Shown: piece after piece, positions 27,188-36,601 of the stretch
Numbering within the stretch: position 1 is the first letter of the stretch
Layout of the letters: each line of letters begins with the position of its first letter
Sequence record: LC765218.1
Strand: one strand, 5' to 3'
DNA length: 64,000 nucleotides
Made by a program: the position numbers and the translations under genes
Notes under the pieces: model-generated
The model's database searches: none
What the model saw: only the letters and a program-made list of their open reading frames with translations
What the model was told of the DNA's origin: nothing

Positions 27188-27511
27188 ATGGCTATGACAG
27201 TATTTCGTGTCGAACTCGATAAGCTGAAAGGCAATATCGGTCAGTTTAATAACATCATTCTCAACCTACTCCGTAGTGCTCGGGATCGTATGAACGCACA
27301 CATCCTTGAAAAAGGTAACGTTCATGGACTTGAGCCTAGAGATATTGGTTTAGGTAATGTCCCTGACTGGCTACCGGCACAGCAAGCACAAGCTAAAGGT
27401 GGAACGAATAACTCTTCGTTCATGACACCTAAACGGGTAGACAACTACGCTGAGGAGAATATCTTCAAAGCGATAGAGAAAGTGTTTAACGACGCTTACG
27501 ATCGTTTGTAA
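27188..27511 (+). CDS. Short gp131-family protein (gp132-like)
   Basis: HILEKGNVHGLEPRDIGLGNVPDW repeat nearly identical to one in the gp131-like gene. Confidence 0.8.
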   Translation: MAMTVFRVELDKLKGNIGQFNNIILNLLRSARDRMNAHILEKGNVHGLEPRDIGLGNVPDWLPAQQAQAKGGTNNSSFMTPKRVDNYAEENIFKAIEKVFNDAYDRL

Positions 27512-27523
27512 CCTACCCTGGCA

Positions 27524-27568
27524 ACGGATGGAATCACTGTGTGTAAAAGCACGGTGGTTCCGTCTTTT
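27524..27568 (+). terminator. Intra-operon hairpin with G-U pairs and a T-tract
   Basis: GGAATCACTGTGT-GTAAAA-GCACGGTGGTTCC (13 bp, three G-U pairs) followed by GTCTTTT. Confidence 0.6.
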
Positions 27569-27588
27569 GTTCAATTTGGAGAATTTAA

Positions 27589-28956
27589 ATGTCCGATGTA
27601 ATCGTACAACTACCGTTAGATAAGACCGGACGTGATCCGAATAACCTGGTAGGTAGCGAAGAAGCAACTCTTACCCCTATCTCGGGGTTCCCTTTTAAAA
27701 TGGTAACCATGTATCACGGTGGTTTCTATGTTAATAGCCTCCGTGTATATGACTCTCGTTACGTTCCTTTAATTCGTGATAAAGATTATATCGTCACGTA
27801 TTACCATAAGCAAGCCAGCGAGTTCTATGGCCTTGATATTGCCAGTGGTATTGTTTTCTTGGATCGTACTCGTACCGGTAAGATTTACATGTCGGCGCAG
27901 ATGGTAGGCGGCGATGTTGCATTTAGTTTCACAGTCATCGACGATTATGTAAACTTCTGGAAAACTAAGCCTTCTGACTATATTCCTAAATGGCTTGATT
28001 ATAACGGCACTGAACCGATTTATGGTCCTGGCGAGTTAGCTGCCCTACGCTGGCGCTTGGATACATATCAGCCGTTTAACAACGAGATTGAGAATATCTC
28101 TCGGGCAATCACTGGCCAACTTGGTAATACAGAAGCAGAGTTCCGTGTTGATGTAAAAGCTGAATATGATCGTTTCTTACAACGTTTCAATAATCGCCTC
28201 GATCTACACATTCAAGATAAAGAAAACCCACACGTCGACACAAAAGAACATGTAGGTTTAGGTCTTGTAGAAAACTACCGCGTAGCGAGTCTTGCAGAGG
28301 CTACAGCAGGTATATCGAACGAACTCTATCTTACCCCACAGCTTTCGGCTGCGGAAATAAATAAGATCGGTGGAGATCCACTACAGGCCCACATCGATGC
28401 ACGTGGCAACGTTCATGGCGTCACTAATGCACAGTTGAATACCAATAGCAAGCAAGAAGTAAATACTCTGGCTAATACCAAGTATCTGAGAAATGAAGTT
28501 GTTGAAAACTCTAACCTCGGATTTTGGTTAAACCAGGATATGACGTATAACCAAATTCTACAGTTGTATCGTAAAGACATTCCTGCAAATGCTTTTACTA
28601 ACTATGATCAAGGCAAGCTTCCTCTTGGTCGATTAGGTCGTGGTGTTCTGAATAATCGTGCTGTTCTCGATAACAATCGGAACTGGACTAACATTGATGC
28701 CCTGCTATCTCTTCTTCCTCAAGGTGGCAGTGGAGATGTTGCATTCGCATCTTTCAGTGTCAATATCACTCAGGCGCAAGCCAACGCAATGGTTGCTACA
28801 ACACCGCCGTTCTCTAACATGCGTTTGAATAGTATTGTTTTCTATTACATTCGCGAGACTAAGGCATGGGGTTCTGGTAACGGTGCATGGAACGGTGTAT
28901 ATGACATTCTTTACGCTTCTATGAATATCCCAGGTCAAGGTTGGGTACCAATCTAA
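27589..28956 (+). CDS. gp131-family tail protein (gp133-like)
   Basis: LPLDKTGRDPNNLV N-terminus; NPHVDTKEHVGLGLVEN repeat; C-terminal WGSGNGA motif. Confidence 0.8.
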   Translation: MSDVIVQLPLDKTGRDPNNLVGSEEATLTPISGFPFKMVTMYHGGFYVNSLRVYDSRYVPLIRDKDYIVTYYHKQASEFYGLDIASGIVFLDRTRTGKIYMSAQMVGGDVAFSFTVIDDYVNFWKTKPSDYIPKWLDYNGTEPIYGPGELAALRWRLDTYQPFNNEIENISRAITGQLGNTEAEFRVDVKAEYDRFLQRFNNRLDLHIQDKENPHVDTKEHVGLGLVENYRVASLAEATAGISNELYLTPQLSAAEINKIGGDPLQAHIDARGNVHGVTNAQLNTNSKQEVNTLANTKYLRNEVVENSNLGFWLNQDMTYNQILQLYRKDIPANAFTNYDQGKLPLGRLGRGVLNNRAVLDNNRNWTNIDALLSLLPQGGSGDVAFASFSVNITQAQANAMVATTPPFSNMRLNSIVFYYIRETKAWGSGNGAWNGVYDILYASMNIPGQGWVPI

Positions 28957-28966
28957 AGGAATCAAC

Positions 28967-30373
28967 ATGAACCCATTACTTCACGCTCTTCCCTACGATG
29001 GGACGGGCACTTGTTTCAATAACCGCACGCGTGGAGAATACCACAACTTGGCAGATCAAGCTGGTCTGCCATATCGGGTGATTGTTCTGGATAAAGGTTA
29101 CTTCTACAATAACAATCTGCACATGATTGATGGTCGTGGCTATGTGTTAAAAGAGAAGGACGATTTCCAATGCACTCAGATGCATCCAGAGATTACTAAG
29201 AAGACTGGCATTCCAGCTTTTGCAGTTATTGTCATTAAGAACCCACGGGTTCACCATGAGATCAGGGTTGATGCCCAGATGGTCGGTGGTGTTTACTGTA
29301 ATCTTGGTAAAGCAATCGCTAACCAAGCACTCGGGTTGATCAACAATACTCGGAAGATTCATTGGAACAATATTACTGGTAAACCGGATGATTACAAACC
29401 CAACGGTCACCTACATGCGTTGTGGGAACTTTACGGGTTTACGCTTCAAGTATTACTACTTAAGCGAATTACTGCCGCCGGTGAAAAGTTCGTAAAGAAA
29501 GACATGGATGCTTTGTTTGACCAATATAAAGCCGAGCTTGCTTTAGTTGGAGATGAACTTACTTCCATTGAGCAACGTCTTACTACCCACATTAACGATC
29601 GTAATAACCCGCACAAACTCACTGCCGCTAAAGTTCAGCTGGATAAAGTGAAGAATGCTGCTATTGCTACGAAAGATCAAGCTGAAGCAGCTAACGGGGA
29701 TATTCTGGATCGTTACGCTACGCCATTACGAGCTAAGCAAAGTATCGACAAGAACTTCTTACCGATTCTACAGGCGCACGTTGATGACCGTAATAACCCA
29801 CACAAAGAGACAGCTGCTAAACTTGGTACGTATACCGTTCAAGAACATCAGCAAGTTGCTGGGAACTATTACAACCGTGGTGAAACCGTTAACAGTACCG
29901 AACGTATTGGTGGCGTTAAAGATGCCAACAACAATACGACTAGCAATGGCATGACTTTCCAAGAGCTTTACGAGTTCACTCGTCAGGATGAAATCCTTGG
30001 ACAGCTGAAGACTGGTTTGCTGCCACCGCAAACTTTTGCAAGTGGGGCTATTCCACCTGCTAACAACTACGCTTTCCTTGTTCCTGCTTCTGCTGATGCA
30101 GCAAGCTGGCTTCATTGGATCGATATCCAAACAGCATGGATCGATAAACCAAAGAGCGTTATTTATGCGGCAGGGTCATTTGATCCTAACGGTGCAAACG
30201 CTGAAGCTCAGTTGAACAACGTGCTAGGTAGGAACCACCCTGCTGGTACAACGGCCATCTTCCGTTATCTTGGTGGCTGGGGTATCGGTACTGGTAACGG
30301 TGCAATCACAACGTATATTAACTCCGTTGGTTTCGCTGTATTTAATACATCGTTAAATTCCTGGAAGGTATAA
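28967..30373 (+). CDS. gp131-family tail protein (gp134-like)
   Basis: LPYDGTGTCFNN N-terminus; NNPHKLTAAKVQL repeats; C-terminal WGIGTGNGA. Confidence 0.8.
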   Translation: MNPLLHALPYDGTGTCFNNRTRGEYHNLADQAGLPYRVIVLDKGYFYNNNLHMIDGRGYVLKEKDDFQCTQMHPEITKKTGIPAFAVIVIKNPRVHHEIRVDAQMVGGVYCNLGKAIANQALGLINNTRKIHWNNITGKPDDYKPNGHLHALWELYGFTLQVLLLKRITAAGEKFVKKDMDALFDQYKAELALVGDELTSIEQRLTTHINDRNNPHKLTAAKVQLDKVKNAAIATKDQAEAANGDILDRYATPLRAKQSIDKNFLPILQAHVDDRNNPHKETAAKLGTYTVQEHQQVAGNYYNRGETVNSTERIGGVKDANNNTTSNGMTFQELYEFTRQDEILGQLKTGLLPPQTFASGAIPPANNYAFLVPASADAASWLHWIDIQTAWIDKPKSVIYAAGSFDPNGANAEAQLNNVLGRNHPAGTTAIFRYLGGWGIGTGNGAITTYINSVGFAVFNTSLNSWKV

Positions 30374-31738
30374 ATGAACGATATTACTTTTCTTGAGCTT
30401 GACCTTACCGGTGAAGATCCAGATAACTGGATTAAAGGTGAGGAACACACTCTAATTCAAGTTCCTGGTAAGAAGCATCGCGTATTCGTTTGTACCCATG
30501 GCGGTTTCTATACGAATGGCTTTGTACTGAGGGACTCTACTGGTAAAGCTCTTGTGCGTGGTAAAGACTATGTTCTAACGTATCACTACGAAAAGCTTTC
30601 TGAAATGACTGGTCAAAATGTGATGGGTCTCGTTGTTATCATCAACGCCTCCGTCACACCAGTCGTTCGTGCGGAATATCATGCAGTAGGTGGATTCTTT
30701 AGTGTTTCTGTAAAAGAACTTAAAGCACTAATGGAGAAGATAGATGAGACTAATCTTAAGTTTACTTGGGAAGAAATCATCGGTAAACCAACTGCATATA
30801 CTCCATCAGAACACATGCACAAATATTGGCAGTTGTATGGTCTTGAATCCACGGTTGTCAATATTAACCGTTTAGGTGATGCATGGGCAGTGGGTCGAAC
30901 TGCAATTCTAGCGGCTGGTACGGATTATTACAAATATTACGTTCAGCTTGCGAAAGACGATGTGCAGAATTATATCAACCGTGTGAACGCTCACATAACC
31001 GATGAAAATAATCCGCACTCTTCGGATAAGGTAAAGATTAAGCTTGGGCAAATTAACAACTGGCCAATGGCTACAAAAGCTCAGACAACAGATACTAGCC
31101 TAACCAATGTGTATATGCCGATTGGTGGTATTTTCAATCTGATCCAATCCATTTTGATTCCAAAGATTACAGATCACATTCGTAATCAAAATAACCCTCA
31201 TGGGTTAACACTGGCGATCATGAACTTGTACAGTAAAGCTGAAATCGATGCTATTTATGCACAACGGCTTCACCGTACACAACGCGCATTTACATCTAAA
31301 CGGTTGGCTGGGGTTGGTTGGGAACAATTGTATTTCCCTGCACGAGTTGACCTAGATGCTAGTAACGTTTGGAATATCACTCGCTTTGAATTAAAGCAAT
31401 TCGTTACGACTTTCCCAACTCCATGGCCTCCTACTGGAACTGATCCTCAAGGTCGTCCAAATATCCCGTCTGACTACTGCATTATGGGTAATGGACAAAT
31501 CGTTCACTTCCGTGATCTATTTGCGACTTATAATGCCAATGCACGTGGGCACTATTATGCTGGTGGACGTTATGCTAGCGCTCAAGCTGCTATCAGTGCT
31601 CTCCAGGCAAATATCTCGCAGATTGCTGATGGTGGTTATGGATTTGCTCAATACTTGCTGGACTTCAACAATGGTCGCAAAATGCCAACAATGGTTGTAA
31701 TGCGCCGTAACGGTAGTAGTCTCACTCGAATCGTCTAA
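30374..31738 (+). CDS. gp131-family tail protein (gp135-like)
   Basis: LELDLTGEDPDNWI N-terminus; NNPH repeats. Confidence 0.8.
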   Translation: MNDITFLELDLTGEDPDNWIKGEEHTLIQVPGKKHRVFVCTHGGFYTNGFVLRDSTGKALVRGKDYVLTYHYEKLSEMTGQNVMGLVVIINASVTPVVRAEYHAVGGFFSVSVKELKALMEKIDETNLKFTWEEIIGKPTAYTPSEHMHKYWQLYGLESTVVNINRLGDAWAVGRTAILAAGTDYYKYYVQLAKDDVQNYINRVNAHITDENNPHSSDKVKIKLGQINNWPMATKAQTTDTSLTNVYMPIGGIFNLIQSILIPKITDHIRNQNNPHGLTLAIMNLYSKAEIDAIYAQRLHRTQRAFTSKRLAGVGWEQLYFPARVDLDASNVWNITRFELKQFVTTFPTPWPPTGTDPQGRPNIPSDYCIMGNGQIVHFRDLFATYNANARGHYYAGGRYASAQAAISALQANISQIADGGYGFAQYLLDFNNGRKMPTMVVMRRNGSSLTRIV

Positions 31739-31750
31739 AGGAAATTACAC

Positions 31751-32347
31751 ATGTTCGATTTTCATAATGTACCAGAACCTGAAAAGGGTCGTAAACCTGT
31801 TGTCCTTTGTTTTAACCGTCTGAATGGTAAGTTCATCGTTGCTACTTCGATGACTATCGATCAATGCGATCCAGATAACCCAAACGTGATCTATGTTGAA
31901 GACAACATGGATCTGTTTAATGGTGACCGAGTTGTCGGTGACCTCACCATCAATGACGATGGAACCTGGGAAAAGAACTACTCTATTCTTGGAGAGAACG
32001 AAGGTCCTCGTCTGATCTATGAAGCACAGCTGGACAACCAGATGGCTTACAAGATCACTCAACGTTATCCTGTCGTAGAACAAGTAAACGTGCTTGGGCG
32101 TGCAATCGTGGCTCTTGCAGAGAAGACCGGTCTTGAACTTACTGAACTTAGTGAGATGCTAGACTATATCAAACTCTGTAAAGATACTAGTCGAAATCAC
32201 AAAGAGTTCTATCAGAATGATCCCAACTACGAATACATTACCAATGAGCAAGAAGCCGAAGATCGAGCTGCTACCTTCGAAGGCGGTCTCCATGAACTCA
32301 TTGGCCCAAGAAACATCGAAGGCGGTCGTGTTTTCGCAACCAGTTAG
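31751..32347 (+). CDS. Hypothetical protein in the tail operon (possible fibre assembly chaperone)
   Basis: 198 aa directly after the gp131 cluster; function inferred from position only. Confidence 0.7.
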   Translation: MFDFHNVPEPEKGRKPVVLCFNRLNGKFIVATSMTIDQCDPDNPNVIYVEDNMDLFNGDRVVGDLTINDDGTWEKNYSILGENEGPRLIYEAQLDNQMAYKITQRYPVVEQVNVLGRAIVALAEKTGLELTELSEMLDYIKLCKDTSRNHKEFYQNDPNYEYITNEQEAEDRAATFEGGLHELIGPRNIEGGRVFATS

Positions 32348-32357
32348 TGAAAGACTG

Positions 32358-32774
32358 GTGGAGTACTTAAAAGCGCTACCTCGTGCAAGATGGTACAATC
32401 GCAAGAAGATAAATAGTATCCCTACCAAGGGTACAGTGGAAGCAAACTACTGGTTCCTTGGTAATGGTCAGATGCCAAAAGAACTTAGCGATTATCTGTT
32501 TGAAATTGCACCAACTATCAATGGGATAAAACCCAAAGAAGCATGTGTCAATATGTACGAGGTTGGTTTTGGTATGCCGGAGCATATCGACATTGCAATG
32601 TATAGATTTAATATGGTGATTGCATTGTGTGATAATGGAGATGGACTCGACCTAAATGGTGAGTTCATCCCAGATGTTCCTGGAAGAGCAGTAATCTTTC
32701 CAGCTAAAACACCACCGCATTCTGTACCACCCGTAAAACACCTACGCTTCGTTCTCATCTATCTCTACGAGTAG
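32358..32774 (+). CDS. 2OG-Fe(II)-dependent dioxygenase superfamily protein
   Basis: VNMYEVGFGMPEHID (HxD), GRAVIFP, PHSV (distal His), LRFVLIY (2OG-binding Arg); probable GTG start near 32358 (the track start at 32217 overlaps the previous gene). Confidence 0.8.
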   Translation: MEYLKALPRARWYNRKKINSIPTKGTVEANYWFLGNGQMPKELSDYLFEIAPTINGIKPKEACVNMYEVGFGMPEHIDIAMYRFNMVIALCDNGDGLDLNGEFIPDVPGRAVIFPAKTPPHSVPPVKHLRFVLIYLYE

Positions 32775-32781
32775 GACAGAT

Positions 32782-33270
32782 ATGTATAAACATTACGACC
32801 CCCTTACCGAAGAGGAAGTAACTACTTTAGTAGACCTCTCTCGTAAGGTTAAATATAAAGACTCGTATGGCTCTCGTTGCCGTATCGGTAAGAACAAAAC
32901 CAAAGCACTGAGTATTTACAACTATTCTAAGTGGTTTGATTGGACATCTAAACAACGAGATATCTTCAAGGTTGGTTTTAGTGAAGATATCCAAAATAAA
33001 GCTGTTCAAGGTTGGTTCCTAGATATTCCAGCTGGTCGTGGTTTCCTCGATCAGATGACAACGTGGGTCAATAAAACTGGTGCAGGTACCATCGTCGCAA
33101 CTGCATTAAAAGATAGACAAGCCATTCAACTTAATGGACGTTTGATCGAACTTCGTAAAGGTGAACAGATCGCCTTTAACCTTAGTACAGTTCACGCGAT
33201 TCCTAAATCCGACCATGGTCAGTTGTGGGCATGTGTAATGATACGTGGTGACTTCCAACAGTACACCTAA
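32782..33270 (+). CDS. Divergent jelly-roll (2OG-oxygenase-like) protein lacking HxD
   Basis: GWFLDIPAGRGFLDQM...GEQIAFNLSTVHAI...WACVM parallels the neighbour's layout, but the first His is absent. Confidence 0.55.
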   Translation: MYKHYDPLTEEEVTTLVDLSRKVKYKDSYGSRCRIGKNKTKALSIYNYSKWFDWTSKQRDIFKVGFSEDIQNKAVQGWFLDIPAGRGFLDQMTTWVNKTGAGTIVATALKDRQAIQLNGRLIELRKGEQIAFNLSTVHAIPKSDHGQLWACVMIRGDFQQYT

Positions 33271-33295
33271 CGGCATAAACCTCCCTAACGGGAGG
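33270..33295 (+). terminator. CATA-arm hairpin element
   Basis: ACGGCATAAA-CCTCCC-TAAC-GGGAGG. Confidence 0.7.
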
Positions 33296-33353
33296 CAAGC
33301 CAAAAATTCTTACACAATGGTACAATGAACTTTCTAAGTCAAGGATTAAAAGA

Positions 33354-34250
33354 ATGGCTAGTAACCCTATCGATCAGCAGATTATCAACGTAGTACGTAC
33401 GTGCTATGCATCTTATCTGCAAACTACAAAATATCTCGGTCTATCTCCGTTCCGTGTGATTGCACATACAACTCTGAATGAGAAGTTCGGTGTACAAAAT
33501 GGCGTAACTCCAGCAGCGGGTGAAATTCCGAACGTGCGTTATATGGTAATTGGTAACATGGGTCACTACACAATCAAAGCCGCTGATGGCTCCGATGAAG
33601 TAGAAAACCGTATTCACCGTTCTAACCATGCTGCACTTTATAACCATATTCCGTTTGCACTGCGTGAAGTAACTGATGATCTTCCAGCCGCACAACGGGA
33701 TCGGTTCTGCTTACGTGTTCCGGAAAAACATAATGGTAAAAACTACGTTGCCTATTATGGAATGCGCATTAACGTTACAGGTGTACAACCACAGCTTCTG
33801 GAAATCGAAGTAATTAATGGTATTCCAACACCGAAACCGTACACACCAACTGTTGATGATCTTAACCCAGTACCGCCAGCTATTTCGAACAACGGTACAG
33901 TTATCGGTTCTAACGTTAATATCTCGGCCAGTGCTATCGTTAAGGTTAGCCTGTCTGCTGAAGATATCATCGAGATTACCAACGCGCATCGAATTCGTAC
34001 TGCATCGACTCGTTCTCCGATTATCTCTGAGATCGGCTTGTGTTCTGGTGTTGACCGTAAGGTCGATGCACCCGCCGGTACGGGTGGTTCGTTCCAATAT
34101 CTCGAAGTAATCGCTTGTCAAGTTAACGTACATATTGCCACTAACCATCCAATTGGTTATAACTCGAATGGTCTTAACCTAACCTTCGATATTGGTGGTG
34201 TAGAACCTACTCTTGGCGACAAGGCTGTAAACGTAGCTAAGTTCGTATAA
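33354..34250 (+). CDS. Virion structural (baseplate) protein (phiKZ gp139-like)
   Basis: 298 aa; [16 protein letters not shown] and [11 protein letters not shown] motifs recalled from this family; synteny. Confidence 0.75.
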   Translation: MASNPIDQQIINVVRTCYASYLQTTKYLGLSPFRVIAHTTLNEKFGVQNGVTPAAGEIPNVRYMVIGNMGHYTIKAADGSDEVENRIHRSNHAALYNHIPFALREVTDDLPAAQRDRFCLRVPEKHNGKNYVAYYGMRINVTGVQPQLLEIEVINGIPTPKPYTPTVDDLNPVPPAISNNGTVIGSNVNISASAIVKVSLSAEDIIEITNAHRIRTASTRSPIISEIGLCSGVDRKVDAPAGTGGSFQYLEVIACQVNVHIATNHPIGYNSNGLNLTFDIGGVEPTLGDKAVNVAKFV

Positions 34251-34260
34251 GGACTTAGTT

Positions 34261-34827
34261 ATGTTGCAGATGCCTGAAAGTGATGAACCATTCCGTGTTG
34301 CTTCGTTCGACCCAGGTTCGTCTAACTTGGGTCAAGCGTTGTTGGAACATGGCTTTAAGAATGAAGGTGTGGCGGTGAAAACCGCCTATACCTCTGTTCT
34401 TAGAGATACTCATCCGGACTATTCAATGTTCGGGGAATTGCATGGTAGTCGGGTAGTCCGATTAATGATAATGCGAGATTTGATACTAGACTTCTTAAGG
34501 ACACATAGACCACATGCTGTTATTGTTGAATCTAACTATCTAGGTAGATTTGCCACAAGCTTTGCCGCATTGGTTGAATGTGTTGCCGTTATACGAAGTG
34601 CTCTTTTTGAGTATGACCCTTTTATACCGCTTTACATGGTTGACCCTACAACAGTTAAAACCAACGTGGGTATGAAGAAAATTAAGGGTACAGACAAAGA
34701 AGATGTGCGACGTGCATTGGTAAGTAGAACCGACGTTGTTTGGGGTGATGTTGATCATAGTCAACTAGATGAACACTCCATCGATGCAGTAGCAATCGGT
34801 TACTATTTCCTTACACAGTTGTTCTAG
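34261..34827 (+). CDS. ruvC: Holliday junction resolvase RuvC
   Basis: VASFDPGSSNLG, VIVES, PTTVK, KEDV and DEHSIDAVAIG catalytic motifs. Confidence 0.9.
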   Translation: MLQMPESDEPFRVASFDPGSSNLGQALLEHGFKNEGVAVKTAYTSVLRDTHPDYSMFGELHGSRVVRLMIMRDLILDFLRTHRPHAVIVESNYLGRFATSFAALVECVAVIRSALFEYDPFIPLYMVDPTTVKTNVGMKKIKGTDKEDVRRALVSRTDVVWGDVDHSQLDEHSIDAVAIGYYFLTQLF

Positions 34828-34839
34828 ATGTGAGGTAGT

Positions 34840-35334
34840 ATGTTCAACTGGTTAAAAAACATCAAGTGGTTTAATTGGGTGTTTATCGGTATAGTTATTA
34901 CCGGTGGGCTTGGACTGTTGTTCTTCTATAACCAGTATACTGATCAGCTTGTACACAATGGCAGTTTAGTTGAGAAAAATGGTCAACTAGAAGTCAAAGT
35001 CGAAATGCAGGGTAAGTCAGCTGCCATCACTGATGAAACCGTTACTCAGTATACCACTCAAAAAGTCGATGAGCTGAGAGAGCTGGAACAATCACGAGCA
35101 GGAGTGATTGATGAGTACATTAACTTATCCGGACAATCTGGGGTCAGTTGGCCTACTACAGAAAATGTCCCTGTGGAAAAAACTAGGGATGAACCTATTC
35201 GGAAAAATCCCACCACCGCCATTAAAGATAATGGTAGTGTTACTGACGATGTTGCTCTTATCACCCTTGCTAATAGGATGTACGAGCACTACTGCAAAGC
35301 CAAGCGGCTGGACCCGCAGTGCGGTACCAAGTAG
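34840..35334 (+). CDS. Putative inner-membrane spanin (i-spanin, Rz-like)
   Basis: N-terminal TM helix (WVFIGIVITGGLGLLFFY), helical periplasmic domain, C-terminal Cys pair; overlapped by a lipoprotein gene. Confidence 0.7.
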   Translation: MFNWLKNIKWFNWVFIGIVITGGLGLLFFYNQYTDQLVHNGSLVEKNGQLEVKVEMQGKSAAITDETVTQYTTQKVDELRELEQSRAGVIDEYINLSGQSGVSWPTTENVPVEKTRDEPIRKNPTTAIKDNGSVTDDVALITLANRMYEHYCKAKRLDPQCGTK

Positions 35335-35581
35335 CTTTACTCAACTTTGCTATGTAGCTCCTCCACCGTCAGCTGACGATCTCATCAATGCACCTAGTCG
35401 GTATAAAGTAGCTGGGATCACTGATCCATGGGAAGCTCGTTTCCTATTGATGACAGATCACTGGTTATTACAGACTGACTATCTCGGTTCGTGTAATTTG
35501 CAAATCGAGAAGCTCCGTGACTGGGATAAAAAACAGTCAGAGATGGAGAGAAGCTATGACTCTGGAAAAAATATTAAGTGA
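35189..35581 (+). CDS. Putative outer-membrane spanin lipoprotein (o-spanin, Rz1-like)
   Basis: Alternative frame overlapping the 3' part of the i-spanin; lipobox LLIG-C (Cys codon 35279); Pro-rich then helical; start could be 35165, 35189 or 35231. Confidence 0.7.
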   Translation: MNLFGKIPPPPLKIMVVLLTMLLLSPLLIGCTSTTAKPSGWTRSAVPSSFTQLCYVAPPPSADDLINAPSRYKVAGITDPWEARFLLMTDHWLLQTDYLGSCNLQIEKLRDWDKKQSEMERSYDSGKNIK

Positions 35582-35960
35582 CCTTGGCGATAAGCCTTTG
35601 TCGAAAGCTCCTAACTATCGTCAAATCGTAGCATACTTGAACGGTATGTTACATGCAGATGGTAGTGCACGTGTTAATGGGAATACAACTGCCGATGAAG
35701 TATTAACTGAGATCTATTCTCTTTCTGATCTTGAAAAGCAGTCGAAGCTTCTCGAAAAAGAATACACTGGTGTTAGAGCTAGTGATACTTACCGCAGTTC
35801 TATTTTAACTGCAAGTGCCTTGTTAGCTATACTGTCCACTGGTGTAGTGATGAGTGTTATTAACACTGATGGTCCAATGACTTCAGAAGTAGCCGATATC
35901 TTTAAAACTTTAGGTATGGGTCTTATTGAAATCATTAAGATGGTAATTTCTACTCAGTAA
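35556..35960 (+). CDS. Membrane protein, holin/antiholin candidate (134 aa)
   Basis: ATG 35556 after GGAGAG; C-terminal hydrophobic segments ILTASALLAILSTGVVMSVI and LGMGLIEIIKMVI; lies between the spanins and the endolysin. Confidence 0.5.
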   Translation: MTLEKILSDLGDKPLSKAPNYRQIVAYLNGMLHADGSARVNGNTTADEVLTEIYSLSDLEKQSKLLEKEYTGVRASDTYRSSILTASALLAILSTGVVMSVINTDGPMTSEVADIFKTLGMGLIEIIKMVISTQ

Positions 35961-35970
35961 CAATAATATT

Positions 35971-36000
35971 AGCCCCTCCTTAAGTGGAGGGGCTTTTATA
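35971..36000 (+). terminator. Hairpin terminator
   Basis: AGCCCCTCC-TTAAGT-GGAGGGGCT-TTTATA. Confidence 0.75.
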
Positions 36001-36050
36001 ATGCTATGTGGGTTAAGTAAATTTTGTAAACCACAATTGAGGGTTTAACA

Positions 36051-36584
36051 ATGAGCGATCGTTTTCCTTATAACCTCCCGTCTCGTGCGGCACTCTGCCG
36101 TTTGATTCGGGAAACGTCTAAACACAAGAATATTCAGGACGAGTTTGTAAACTTCGAAGATATGTTCTTCAGTCCTACTTCTGGTGTTCCGGGGCGTACT
36201 TATATCGAGATGATCGATAACAAAGCTAGTCTAAAAGACTGGTTCGTTTATCGTCGTCTGGAATTGTCTCACCCTGATTGTCTTGGACCTAATCCGTCTA
36301 TTAAACTATCTGGTGTAGCTACACCTGCGGCCATCGCAGAAGAGATCAACCGTTCCCGTAAGATGACATTCGGTCCGGACGATCTATCCTTCTCTACCAC
36401 TGTCATTAATACCAAAGACGACGTATTCGAATATGAACTCGTTGCAATGACTGGTAGTTACGCCTACTTCGGTTCGACTATCGTTACGATCGAAATGGTT
36501 GAAGGTAACCAATATGCACGTCTACTTGAGGATGGTGGTTATCGTCTAATGGAAGACGGCTTGATTCGTGAGCTGGAACATTAA
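36051..36584 (+). CDS. Virion structural protein (phiKZ gp143 position) with C-terminal RLLEDG repeats
   Basis: Y-R-R-L-E-L family domain; ends RLLEDGGYRLMEDGLIRELEH; TATG at 36005 and RBS GAGG upstream. Confidence 0.8.
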   Translation: MSDRFPYNLPSRAALCRLIRETSKHKNIQDEFVNFEDMFFSPTSGVPGRTYIEMIDNKASLKDWFVYRRLELSHPDCLGPNPSIKLSGVATPAAIAEEINRSRKMTFGPDDLSFSTTVINTKDDVFEYELVAMTGSYAYFGSTIVTIEMVEGNQYARLLEDGGYRLMEDGLIRELEH

Positions 36585-36601
36585 TTACTGGAGACAGACA
36601 A

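Noticed and set aside
32217-32357. Track start (32217) for the oxygenase
   Set aside because: Overlaps the upstream gene by 130 nt with non-protein-like sequence
35108-35188. Track start (35108) for the o-spanin frame
   Set aside because: Would place the lipobox too far from the N-terminus; a downstream ATG fits a signal peptide II better
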